NCBI GenBank assembly: GCA_011087955.1
Contig: JAALKR010000001.1
Coordinates: forward strand, 38,449 to 102,448
Source of the DNA: Oligoflexia bacterium
GTDB lineage: Bacteria > Bdellovibrionota > UBA1018 > CAIPTA01 > JAALKR01
Length of the DNA: 64,000 nucleotides
Direction: 5' to 3'
Part shown: piece after piece, positions 50,281 to 59,113 of the stretch
Numbering within the stretch: position 1 is the first letter of the stretch
Layout: each line of letters opens with the position of its first letter
The notes under the pieces: model-generated
Database searches by the model: none
Told to the model about the DNA's origin: nothing
The model's input: the letters and a program-made list of their open reading frames with translations, nothing else
Translations under genes and position numbers: made by a program

Positions 50281-51372
50281 CTTTCCTTTTCCATCGCCAG
50301 AAGCCCTATTTGCCTGCGGAGTTATATAGGGCTTAGTCTCTTCAATTATCGAGAACAATGCCTTGGGTAAATCACTTTTGGCTGCCTTTGCAGCCACTCG
50401 AATCGCGCTTTTGATCGCCTTACCGGTCGATCCACCGTGGGCAATGAAGGCGTGACCATTCACCCCCAAAAGAGGGGCCCCGCCAACCTCTGCATAGTCC
50501 ACCCGATCCTTCACACGCTTAACTGCACCCATAGCGAATAACATCCCAAAACTCGCAAATAAATCCTTTTTAATCTCCAGCTTCATAATATCAACCACCG
50601 CTGAGGCTAAACCCTCCAGCCCTTTGAGTAAGATATTTCCTGTAAACCCATCGCAGACAACCACATCGACACCACCTTGAAAGACCTCTTTACCTTCCAC
50701 ATTGCCAACAAAGGCACCTTTCTTGAGTAGTCCAGCACTATTAATGCGATTCAGAATCTCAACCGTTTCCCGGGTAAGTTCCGTGCCCTTCGAGTCTTCC
50801 TCACCATTTGACAGCACACCAATCTTACCTTTCGTGCCCTCATAGGTGAACTGATAGTACTGAGAGCCAAGCAGGGCAAACTGAGCCAATTGTGAGGCTC
50901 TACATTGTGTATTGGCACCCGCATCTACAAGTAAGAAAAAGGAGCGTATTGTCGGCAGAGTAGCTGCAATGGCCGGTCTCTCGACACCTGGAATTCGTTT
51001 CATATGCATCACTCCAGACGCCAAAATAGCTCCAGAGTTCCCAGCTGAAAGAAAGGCAGAGTTCGGATCGGCGGCAGCCATTTTCATAGCAACGTTTAAG
51101 GAGGCTTGCTTTTTATTACGAGCCGCAGTCAAAGGGTGGTCGTCCATGCGAATATACTCGGAAGTATGTTCAACACAGATGCGATCGAGTTCCTTCTCTT
51201 TTTTGGCCTTTTTTCCTTCGATTTTAAGAATCGGTAGAATTTGGTCTTGATCTCCAACTAGTACGATGCGCGCAGCAGTCTCTGAAAGTGCCGCTACCGC
51301 ACCTTCGACGTTAACCTCCGGAGCGTTGTCGCCCCCCATTGCGTCCACATAGACTGTGGGTACAATGCTCAT
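50275..51372 (-). CDS. plsX: Phosphate acyltransferase PlsX
   Basis: DAMGGDNAP, SAGNSGA, DAGAN, DGFTGN, GGAPLLG. Confidence 0.96.
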   Translation of the reverse strand: MSIVPTVYVDAMGGDNAPEVNVEGAVAALSETAARIVLVGDQDQILPILKIEGKKAKKEKELDRICVEHTSEYIRMDDHPLTAARNKKQASLNVAMKMAAADPNSAFLSAGNSGAILASGVMHMKRIPGVERPAIAATLPTIRSFFLLVDAGANTQCRASQLAQFALLGSQYYQFTYEGTKGKIGVLSNGEEDSKGTELTRETVEILNRINSAGLLKKGAFVGNVEGKEVFQGGVDVVVCDGFTGNILLKGLEGLASAVVDIMKLEIKKDLFASFGMLFAMGAVKRVKDRVDYAEVGGAPLLGVNGHAFIAHGGSTGKAIKSAIRVAAKAAKSDLPKALFSIIEETKPYITPQANRASGDGKGKQ

Positions 51373-51401
51373 CCTTCCTAATACTCTCTAACTAATTGAA
51401 A

Positions 51402-51596
51402 TTAAACGTCCTGGTTCCTTGCGTGAGCTACGGAACGGCCAGAGTAGTGACCGCAGCTTTCACAAACGCGATGCTGCCTTACCGGCGCTCCACAATTGGA
51501 GCAACTCACTGTGTTTACAGCGGAAAGCGTCCAACGATTGGAATGACGGCGTTTGTCACGGCGAGACTGCGATGTTTTCTTCTTTGGTACTGCCAT
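51402..51596 (-). CDS. rpmF: 50S ribosomal protein L32
   Basis: MAVPKKKTSQSRRDKRR, CSNC...HRVCESCG. Confidence 0.95.
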   Translation of the reverse strand: MAVPKKKTSQSRRDKRRHSNRWTLSAVNTVSCSNCGAPVRQHRVCESCGHYSGRSVAHARNQDV

Positions 51597-51856
51597 AATG
51601 TACCGGAGCATATTTCAAAATTGGAAAAATTTCCGCAACTTTTTTGAAAAATTGACGATTTTATGTAAGGGGCTCGCGGGCAAGCTCCATCCCATCACCA
51701 AAAGTGTCAAAGTTGCTACGCGGAACAGCGAAACTTTTGCTAGGCATTATACGAATCTTTAGCAATTCCAAGAAGTCTCCTACCGTTCCCAGCTCTGCTT
51801 GCTTGCCTCTTGAGCTGCAAGGCGGTAGAATTTCAGGGAGAGACAAGGAGGTCATC

Positions 51857-52774
51857 GTGGTGAAGAGTGAGTTCTATGTATCGCACACCAATCAAACTCT
51901 CGGTCCTTTTTCCGAATCAGATATTCGTGACCAGATGCAGCAGAGCAAATTAGCCCTTACGGATTATCTTTGGCTTCCAGATCAGGGGCAGTGGCAGATG
52001 CTAGCATTGCATTTCATCACAGACTATCCAGCACCGACTACGCCGCCTGAAGAGGTTGAGCTGTCTGCCAGCGATTCCGCGCTTGAGGCCATGACTGACT
52101 CAAAAGCCGCGACTTCAAAACCATCCGACACAGCAAAGTCTGTGCCGACAGATCCACTCGATTTGAAGAAGTATGACAAGCTCGCCTTCAATCAGGAGCT
52201 TGGAATTTCTAACGAGCAGATTTGGTTTGTCTATCGGGATAAAGCAAAATACGGGCCCTATAGATTCCTTGAAGTGGTTCACTTGCTTCAGGAGCAGAGG
52301 ATTGACCACGCCGACTTCATTTGGAAACCAGGCATGCACGACTGGGAGCAGGCCCGAGACGTAGCTGAGTATAGCCGCGATATACTTGAGCAACTTAGCG
52401 AGAAGGAAACCTTCCATGACGTAGATATGAGAACTGTGTTCATACAACGAGCGTTTCCACGTGTACCTTATGATAGCGAAGTAATTTTGCACGATGATCA
52501 ACAGCTAATTATTGGCACAGCAACCACGCTTTCCGAAGGAGGTGCGTTTGTGGCAGTGCCAAACCCGGTACATAAGCGTGGAGATCGACTGAAGCTACAT
52601 TTCTCGGCAGCGGGTGTGCCCGTACCGTTTAATTGTGTTGCGGAAGTTACACAGGTTTATAGGACAGAGCCAACTGGTTATTGTTTGAAGTTCACTTATT
52701 TAGGACAGGACGATCAAAGGCGCATCCAAGAATTTGCTGAAAAAGAAGTGCGCAGACCAATGGCAAAAGCATAA
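51857..52774 (+). CDS. GYF_2 (DUF4339) x2 plus PilZ domain protein
   Basis: GPFS/GPYR...W motifs twice; RAFPR and TLSEGG; GTG start after AGGAGG. Confidence 0.8.
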   Translation: MVKSEFYVSHTNQTLGPFSESDIRDQMQQSKLALTDYLWLPDQGQWQMLALHFITDYPAPTTPPEEVELSASDSALEAMTDSKAATSKPSDTAKSVPTDPLDLKKYDKLAFNQELGISNEQIWFVYRDKAKYGPYRFLEVVHLLQEQRIDHADFIWKPGMHDWEQARDVAEYSRDILEQLSEKETFHDVDMRTVFIQRAFPRVPYDSEVILHDDQQLIIGTATTLSEGGAFVAVPNPVHKRGDRLKLHFSAAGVPVPFNCVAEVTQVYRTEPTGYCLKFTYLGQDDQRRIQEFAEKEVRRPMAKA

Positions 52775-52790
52775 CTGGAATTAGACTACG

Positions 52791-54338
52791 TTGGGACAGA
52801 GACTACTTATACGAACGAAGACAGGAGACTATGTAGCACATTCCGAAATGGAAGTGCTTCAATGGCTCAAGAATAGGCGCTGTGAATGTGGCGATGCCGT
52901 TTATCTTGAGTCCAAAGAAAAATGGGCTACAGTCTCGGACATCGGTATGATCGCCAGCCTCTTTCAGGAAAAGCCGCAATTGGAGCGTGAAAAGCCTCTT
53001 ATCACCGTTTATCGATTGGGCGCTGGAAGAAGTTTGCAGGAAGGACCATTCACACTCTCGGCTACCACAGAAATGGTGCGCCAAGGTACCCTGAGCCCTG
53101 CCTCCTGGGTATTTTTCGAAGGCGAGCTGGAATGGCGCCAAGTAAAAGCTGTAGAAATTCTTAGCCAAGCGTTGCCCCCTCTTCCAAGGGAAGCCCCGGA
53201 TTTCAGTACGCCTAAAGAGACGGCGGTTCCAGATGCAACACCGAGTGCAGTGCCAGGAGCAATGTCCGAAGCTGCGGCACCAGATCCAGTGCCAGACATT
53301 GCAACGCCAGGAGCAGTGCCCGAAGCTGTGGCACCAGATCCAGTGCCAGACATTGCAGCGCCAGGAACAGTGCCGACCGAAGAAGCTCTATCGATAGGAG
53401 TAACATCACCGCCGACACCACCTGCCCCGCTGGTCACGGAAAGCTTAGCTCAGGACCAAAGTCTCGGAGACGGGGTGGATTATATTCCTCGGGAAGAACA
53501 AACGATGGCTTTCTCCATCTTAGGCTTGTCCGCTTTAAAAGAAGAGGAGGGATTGGATGCTCCACCTGCACCACCAGTAAGCGCCCAGGTAGCTGAGGCT
53601 TCTAGTGCGCCTCTACCGGCGAGTCCGGAAGCAGCACCTTCCCCAGCAGCGCCTTCCCCAGCAGCGCCTACCCCAGCAGTGCCAACTGCTCCGACGGCTA
53701 TGAGCACCGAAATGGTAAATTCGGGTGAAAAGGCGACCGAAGAAGATTCCGATGACATGGCCATCGAAATTTCTTCCGACCCAACTTGGTATGTTAAACA
53801 AGAAAGTTCCGGCCGCTTGTCCGGACCGTTTACGTTCCAAGAGGTCGTAGGCATGCTTCAAGGCGGAAGCCTCAGCAAGGACGACAAAATTGCTAAGGTC
53901 GGAAGTGATCGTTTCAATAAAATTGAGCAACAGTATGAGTTCAACGCGAAGTATTCCATAGAAACTGTGGTTGAGAACGGGGTTGAACGACAAAAGATTT
54001 TGATTAGACGACGTCACCCACGGGCGACCTACATGACCGATGCTCAAATCAGTTTGAACGGCCAAGTATTTCACGCGAAATGTGTGAATATCAGTGCTGG
54101 AGGTGTTTTATTGGAAACCGCCAATTTGGATGTCAGCCTGAACGATCAATTAGAGCTTACTTTAATGCCTGGCGCGATAACAAAACAAATTCAAACCACT
54201 GCACTAGTTATAGGTAAAATTCCTAAAAACCCTCCCGGCTTTGCCCTCAAATTTGTTAATCTTTCGATAGAGGACAAGGAGGCCATCCAGTCTTATGTGA
54301 TGGAAACTTTAAAACGACAGCAAGCAATGGGCATGTGA
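52791..54338 (+). CDS. Multi-GYF_2, Pro/Ala-rich linker and PilZ domain protein
   Basis: EGPFT, SGPFT; RRHPR and NISAGG c-di-GMP-binding motifs. Confidence 0.8.
   Translation: MGQRLLIRTKTGDYVAHSEMEVLQWLKNRRCECGDAVYLESKEKWATVSDIGMIASLFQEKPQLEREKPLITVYRLGAGRSLQEGPFTLSATTEMVRQGTLSPASWVFFEGELEWRQVKAVEILSQALPPLPREAPDFSTPKETAVPDATPSAVPGAMSEAAAPDPVPDIATPGAVPEAVAPDPVPDIAAPGTVPTEEALSIGVTSPPTPPAPLVTESLAQDQSLGDGVDYIPREEQTMAFSILGLSALKEEEGLDAPPAPPVSAQVAEASSAPLPASPEAAPSPAAPSPAAPTPAVPTAPTAMSTEMVNSGEKATEEDSDDMAIEISSDPTWYVKQESSGRLSGPFTFQEVVGMLQGGSLSKDDKIAKVGSDRFNKIEQQYEFNAKYSIETVVENGVERQKILIRRRHPRATYMTDAQISLNGQVFHAKCVNISAGGVLLETANLDVSLNDQLELTLMPGAITKQIQTTALVIGKIPKNPPGFALKFVNLSIEDKEAIQSYVMETLKRQQAMGM
53268..53375 (+). 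repeat. Two tandem 54-bp in-frame repeats
   Basis: EAAAPDPVPDIATPGAVP / EAVAPDPVPDIAAPGTVP; additional 15-bp AAPSP repeats at about 53631-53684. Confidence 0.85.
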
Positions 54339-54350
54339 GGTTAATCTACC

Positions 54351-55691
54351 TTGGGAACAAACAAAAAATTTGTCATTGATACTAACGTCGTATTGTTCGA
54401 CCCGCGTTCTGTTTTTAAATTTCGCAATCACGAAGTTATCATTCCACTTGTGGTGATCGAGGAGATAGATCGCTTTAAACGTGCAATGAATGAAAACGGC
54501 CGAAATGCTCGCACCTTTTCTAGGTTGATGGATGAACTGCGAGATATGGGCTCGCTGCACGAAGGAGTAAAGCTCGACACTGGTGGAGTGCTCCGAGTGT
54601 CGATGGCGGAGTCGGAAGTATTTAAAGGTCTTGATGAAGGGTACGCAGACAACCAAATGATCGCTCTAGCGAAAAGTCTGCAAGATGAAGACCCTAGTTC
54701 AGAAATTACATTTATCTCAAAAGATATTAATCTTCGAATTAAAGCCGATGCGTTTGGCATTGAAGCGGAAGACTATAAGCCAACGAAATTTGATGGGGAC
54801 GTTCCTGAGTCCGAAGCCTTATATACAGGAACAACCACTATGGAGGTTCCGGGTGAAGTAATTGATAAATTATTCACACAAAAACGTGTAGAGATTGAGC
54901 ATCGATTGAAGCCTAACCAATTTGTTTTTTTGAAAGACGAAGCTAGTTCTTCTCACACAGCAATTGGGCGCTTTGATTATAATCAGAGCTGTATTGTTCC
55001 AGTCTATAAACCAGTGGACGGTTTGTGGGGAATTTATCCTCGAAATGCGGAACAAACGTTCGCTATCGATTTGTTACTAAATGATGAGATTAAATTGGTG
55101 AGCTTGGTGGGCACAGCCGGCACGGGTAAGACGCTTTTAGCGCTTGCAGCCGGCTTATCAAAAACTGTTGACGATGGAATTTACTCTAGACTGCTCGTTT
55201 CTCGCCCTGTGATGCCAATGGGTAAGGACCTTGGTTACCTCCCCGGAACGATCGAGGAAAAACTGCATCCGTATATGCAGCCAATCTTCGATAATATTGA
55301 CTTTCTCTTTGGTGCTTCTAGTGTGGCAAAATCCCATCGTCGAGGAGGTGTGGGGCGCGGATGCCAAGAATTGATGGAGCAGGGCTTATTAAATATCGAG
55401 CCACTCACTTATATCCGTGGTCGCTCGATTCCACAGCAGTTCATGATTGTAGATGAGGCTCAGAATCTTTCGCCCCATGAAATGAAAACAATCATTACTC
55501 GGGCAGGGGACAATACGAAGATTGTAATCACAGGTGATACATTACAAATCGATAGCCCTTATCTGGACTCCGTGAGTAATGGTCTTGCTTATGTGTTGGA
55601 ATGTTTTAAGAGCGAGCCAATAGCGGGTCACGTATCGCTCGAAAAGGGTGAACGCTCTAGGCTCTCGGAGCTTGCCACCCAATTGATGTAA
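54351..55691 (+). CDS. PIN-PhoH (PhoH2) family protein
   Basis: VIDTNV PIN motif, GTAGTGKT, GYLPG, RGRS, DEAQN, RSRLSE. Confidence 0.93.
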   Translation: MGTNKKFVIDTNVVLFDPRSVFKFRNHEVIIPLVVIEEIDRFKRAMNENGRNARTFSRLMDELRDMGSLHEGVKLDTGGVLRVSMAESEVFKGLDEGYADNQMIALAKSLQDEDPSSEITFISKDINLRIKADAFGIEAEDYKPTKFDGDVPESEALYTGTTTMEVPGEVIDKLFTQKRVEIEHRLKPNQFVFLKDEASSSHTAIGRFDYNQSCIVPVYKPVDGLWGIYPRNAEQTFAIDLLLNDEIKLVSLVGTAGTGKTLLALAAGLSKTVDDGIYSRLLVSRPVMPMGKDLGYLPGTIEEKLHPYMQPIFDNIDFLFGASSVAKSHRRGGVGRGCQELMEQGLLNIEPLTYIRGRSIPQQFMIVDEAQNLSPHEMKTIITRAGDNTKIVITGDTLQIDSPYLDSVSNGLAYVLECFKSEPIAGHVSLEKGERSRLSELATQLM

Positions 55692-55902
55692 AAAGCGACC
55701 GCTCCACTGTAAATGCTTTTTATTAGTCCTAACCTGCTTCTAGCTGATGCGAAAATTATTTATAGATTACATTCGTGTCTGATCGGTCTGGACGATCAAG
55801 GGCAAAAAAAATCTCTATATTACGAACACGGATAATAGTGCGTAAGCGCGCTAACTACACCATCTTCCCAGACCAAAGAATTTTAAGTAGACTCCTTTAA
55901 GC

Positions 55903-56904
55903 TCAGGTTTTTGATTGTCTGTCATGAAAGTTATTCTCCATTTCTTGTAGTTGTAAGAGTGATCCACGCATAAGCGGCAGCCAATGGGACGACACCGTTT
56001 CCACAGGCTCGAATTCTGTCCACCCGATTGGCCAGCCCATCAGCCATTCGACAAATTGCGGGTTTAAGACTGGCTGAGATTTCGTCCCAATCTCCATTTG
56101 ACCCGGGCGGGAATGGTGCGATTGGATTACCGTCGATGTCAGGCCTTTGCTCTGCTGCGAATTGCCTTTCAGGCGATATTTCTGTTCCGACGCTATCGGT
56201 GTTGGCCAGTTGATCTGCTCTCTTAGATTGCTGAGGCGCGTTCTTCCTGCTCTCTGGCCGTTCGCTGAAGACACTCTCACTGTCGGCCACATATGCTTCA
56301 CCTGATCCCGAAGGCTCAATGGCATGCCCGCACCCAATCGTTCTTTGAATTTCTTGTAAGTGAGACAACCACCCATCGGCTCTTTCGCTTTCACGGTACG
56401 CCAAAATGAACAATCGCTCCCGTTTATGAGATGCACCGACTTCCGCCGCTGAGAACAGGCTTGCCTTAACGCAGCAACCCAAGCTGGATAAGTCATCGTG
56501 GACTTGCTCAAACCCCAGTCGTAAATGTCCGGGTACGTTTTCAAAGAAACAGAGTCTTGGAGAGATTTCTTGAACCACGCGAAACACATCTGGCCAGAGA
56601 TGTCTTGGGTCGTCTTTCCCTTTTTGTTTTCCCGCGACGCTAAAGGGCTGGCACGGATAACCCGCAGTAATGCAATCCACGAGGCCACGCGCCATGGCTT
56701 GCCATCGAAAGTGCGTAAATCCGTCCAAATAGGCGCTTCATCCATGGTTTTGTCTTCCATGCGCGTTGCCAAGATTTCGCACGCAAATGCTTCGATCTCG
56801 ACAAAACAGACTGTTCGAGCATTTGGCTGCGCCATTCTAATGCCGAGGTCGAGTCCGCCAACGCCAGCGCACAGCGACAAAACTGAGAGGGAACGACTAT
56901 CCAC
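55903..56904 (-). CDS. C5 DNA methyltransferase frame A: motifs I-III joined to WPT-repeat region and motif IX
   Basis: LSLCAGVGGLDLG, FVEIEAFA, WTDL; then WRT/WPT/WPTP repeats and LNPQFVEWLMGWPIGWT; GTG 56904 after AAGGA. Confidence 0.7.
   Translation of the reverse strand: MDSRSLSVLSLCAGVGGLDLGIRMAQPNARTVCFVEIEAFACEILATRMEDKTMDEAPIWTDLRTFDGKPWRVASWIALLRVIRASPLASRENKKGKTTQDISGQMCFAWFKKSLQDSVSLKTYPDIYDWGLSKSTMTYPAWVAALRQACSQRRKSVHLINGSDCSFWRTVKAKEPMGGCLTYKKFKERLGAGMPLSLRDQVKHMWPTVRVSSANGQRAGRTRLSNLREQINWPTPIASEQKYRLKGNSQQSKGLTSTVIQSHHSRPGQMEIGTKSQPVLNPQFVEWLMGWPIGWTEFEPVETVSSHWLPLMRGSLLQLQEMENNFHDRQSKT
55931..56695 (-). CDS. C5 DNA methyltransferase frame B: motifs IV-VIII and X, nested inside frame A
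   Basis: AGYPCQPFS, FFENVPG, SHKRERLFILAY, RIRACGNGVVP; separated from motifs I-III by a 2-nt shift at about 56688-56691, so it may be a pseudogene. Confidence 0.7.
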   Translation of the reverse strand: MARGLVDCITAGYPCQPFSVAGKQKGKDDPRHLWPDVFRVVQEISPRLCFFENVPGHLRLGFEQVHDDLSSLGCCVKASLFSAAEVGASHKRERLFILAYRESERADGWLSHLQEIQRTIGCGHAIEPSGSGEAYVADSESVFSERPESRKNAPQQSKRADQLANTDSVGTEISPERQFAAEQRPDIDGNPIAPFPPGSNGDWDEISASLKPAICRMADGLANRVDRIRACGNGVVPLAAAYAWITLTTTRNGE

Positions 56905-56978
56905 AAAACATCTTCCTTTGGTTTTCAAGTCAGCAGAATTCGAGTACGCACCCCATATTTTGGGTACGCACTAAAATA

Positions 56979-57000
56979 AAAACCTCGAAAGCGAGGTTTT
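56979..57000 (-). terminator. Hairpin, possible intrinsic terminator upstream of the methyltransferase
   Basis: AAAACCTCG-AAAG-CGAGGTTTT with T-rich tail on the minus strand. Confidence 0.45.
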
Positions 57001-57070
57001 CTGCTGGGTTAATAAGTATTTTTAGGTGCGGACTGCGGACCCAAATTTTTAAGGTGTGACTAAATAAACA

Positions 57071-57115
57071 CTGCGCCTAAGCCCGCCGCATAGGGAAAGA
57101 TCGCCGGAAGTACCT
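57071..57115 (-). other. Lambda-like cos (cosQ/cosN-like) packaging site
   Basis: AGGTACTTCCGGCGATCTTTCCCTATGCGGCGGGCTTAGGCGCAG compared with lambda GGGTCCTTTCCGGTGATCCGACAGGTTACGGGGCGGCGACCTCGCG (recalled from memory). Confidence 0.55.
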
Positions 57116-57144
57116 TTTTGCATATCAGGGAAGGGAAAAGCAAA

Positions 57145-57166
57145 AAGCCACGGGTTTCCGTGGCTT
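57145..57166 (-). terminator. Intrinsic terminator
   Basis: AAGCCACGG-N4-CCGTGGCTT perfect stem followed by TTTGCTTTT on the minus strand. Confidence 0.6.
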
Positions 57167-57279
57167 GAGAGGTCAATTCCTGTGATCTTATATAAAAGAC
57201 TAAGAGATTTTGTTCGCCTTGTCCGCAACAATTATGTTCGCGAACATTTTTTATCCAAAGCTTAAGGATAAAGCTAAGC

Positions 57280-57320
57280 TTGATTCTTAACAATACTAAT
57301 ACTATAATATTACTAATAGT
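57280..57320 (+). promoter_or_regulatory. Sigma-70 promoter and probable operator of the hipBA-type operon
   Basis: TTGATT-17 bp-TATAAT (57280-57308); ACTAT-N10-ATAGT palindrome (57301-57320); TACTAATA at 57294, 57311 and 57336. Confidence 0.65.
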
Positions 57321-57345
57321 CAATAAATAAAGGTTTACTAATAAA

Positions 57346-57654
57346 ATGGTATCACTTATAACACCAGCCAAAGCACAGAAAAAGCTTGCAGAGCATGCGC
57401 GTGCGCGTCGATTGCAGATAGAATTAACGCAGGAAGGTCTTGCCGAACGCTCTGGTGTCCCTTTGCCAACGTTGCGTAAGTTTGAGCAGAAAGGCTCAAT
57501 ATCTCTAGAGTCATTCTTAAAGATCCAAATGGTGCTGGGTGGATTGGAAGACATCCTAAAAGCCACACAAATTAAAGACACGCTATTTTCATCCATAGAT
57601 GACGTGTTGGAAGCAGATAGTTCAACCACCCGTCAACGAGGAACACGCAAATGA
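57346..57654 (+). CDS. XRE-family HTH antitoxin (HipB-like)
   Basis: LTQEGLAERSGVPLPTLRKFEQKG; ATGA overlap with the toxin gene. Confidence 0.85.
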   Translation: MVSLITPAKAQKKLAEHARARRLQIELTQEGLAERSGVPLPTLRKFEQKGSISLESFLKIQMVLGGLEDILKATQIKDTLFSSIDDVLEADSSTTRQRGTRK

Positions 57655-58892
57655 AAAACTACTTATCTGCATCCGAAATCAAAGTTGGTATCAATTTCGG
57701 TGATGGCGTTAATCCAGTTGGTCGATTAGCCATGCGTGATCGCCACATCTATTTTGAATATGATAGCAGCTTTATTGAACGTGGCATTGAAATATCACCA
57801 CTGCGATTACCATTACAATCAGGCGTTCAGCGCTTTGAGAATGACCTATTTGAAGGTTTGCCGGGTGTGTTTAACGATAGTCTTCCCGATGGTTGGGGGC
57901 GACTGCTTTTTGATCGCTTTATTAGATCACAAGGAATACTTCCTTCTGACATCACGCCCCTTGATCGCCTAGCGCATGTTGGATCAAACGGTCTTGGCGC
58001 GCTTGTATTTGAGCCAGATCACAGTGCAGAAGATACGCAAGATGAAATCAACCTCGATAAACTTGCCTCGCAGGCACAAGAGGTTATGGAAGGCGCATCT
58101 GATGATGTATTGGAAGAACTAATTTCTCTCAATGGGTCTTCTGCAGGCGCACGGCCAAAAGCGCTGATTGGTGTAAACGACAAACGGAATCATATCATTC
58201 ACAGCGTTCATGATTTGCCCGAAGACTATACGCCATGGATGGTCAAATTCCCGAACAGTCAAGACGGTATTGATGCTGGCGCAGTTGAATATGTTTACGC
58301 TCTAATGGCAAAAGAGGCTGGCATTACCATGCCTGACATTCATCTCTTCCCAGCGCAAAGCGGTGCAGGTTATTTTGCCATTAAACGTTTTGACCGCGAT
58401 GGCGACAAACGATATCACATGCACACAGCATGCGGGTTATTACATTCAGATTTCCGTACACCATCTCTTGATTACGAAGATTTAATCGCACTAACGGGCA
58501 TGTTGACCCGTGATGTGCGTGAAGTTGAAAAACTCTATCAACTAGCCGTATTTAACGTGCTGGCACATAACCGTGATGATCATTCAAAGAATTTTAGCTA
58601 TCTGATGGACAGCCAAGGCGGATGGAAACTCTCACCAGCCTACGACCTCACATTCTCATCTGGCCCACGCGGTGAACAAAGCACGATGGTTATGGGTGAA
58701 GGTCGAAACCCGAATACAAGCCACCTGTTAAAGCTGGCAGATGAAGCCAAAATCAAAAAAGACCGCGCCGAAGAGATTATTGAGGCCACAAAATCCAGCC
58801 TGTCCAAATGGTCAGCACTTGCAAAGAAATATGGCGTAAGTGATACGAATATAAAGCTGGTACAGAAAAAAGTGAATGAGAAAACAGAATAA
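57651..58892 (+). CDS. hipA: HipA-family serine/threonine kinase toxin
   Basis: DSLPDGWG, SSAGARPK, RFDR, NRDDHSKNFS, LSPAYDL. Confidence 0.92.
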   Translation: MKNYLSASEIKVGINFGDGVNPVGRLAMRDRHIYFEYDSSFIERGIEISPLRLPLQSGVQRFENDLFEGLPGVFNDSLPDGWGRLLFDRFIRSQGILPSDITPLDRLAHVGSNGLGALVFEPDHSAEDTQDEINLDKLASQAQEVMEGASDDVLEELISLNGSSAGARPKALIGVNDKRNHIIHSVHDLPEDYTPWMVKFPNSQDGIDAGAVEYVYALMAKEAGITMPDIHLFPAQSGAGYFAIKRFDRDGDKRYHMHTACGLLHSDFRTPSLDYEDLIALTGMLTRDVREVEKLYQLAVFNVLAHNRDDHSKNFSYLMDSQGGWKLSPAYDLTFSSGPRGEQSTMVMGEGRNPNTSHLLKLADEAKIKKDRAEEIIEATKSSLSKWSALAKKYGVSDTNIKLVQKKVNEKTE

Positions 58893-59113
58893 TGGCCATT
58901 AATTTCTCAGAAGATGAAGTTCATACATATCTCTATCAGCAAGGCATGGAAGCTTTGACTGTAGATTTTCCAAACCTAGAACAGGATTTGAAACCAGATG
59001 ACGAATTTGAGCTTTGGAAGCTCATAAAACAAAAAGCCATTTCAAAATTATCACGAATTCATGACAGTGTTCGGTACGGAGAGTTCATAGCAGTGTCACT
59101 GCAGCAGAAGTGA
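58892..59113 (+). pseudogene. Gene coupled to hipA, truncated at about 59091 by the IS remnant
   Basis: TAATG stop/start overlap with hipA; the last codons come from IS sequence. Confidence 0.5.

Noticed and set aside
50233..53684. Short repeats as a CRISPR array
   Set aside because: Repeats are tandem with no unique spacers, and there are no cas genes
55835..55875. tRNA-like stretch (GGGAAGATGGTGTAGTTAGCGCGC on minus) as an integration site
   Set aside because: No T-arm GTTCRA, cloverleaf or CCA end, and no matching att repeat found at the other island edge
57049..57629. Minus-strand ORFs of 189 aa and 60 aa over the antitoxin gene and cos region
   Set aside because: Antisense shadows crossing promoter and terminator elements, with no motifs
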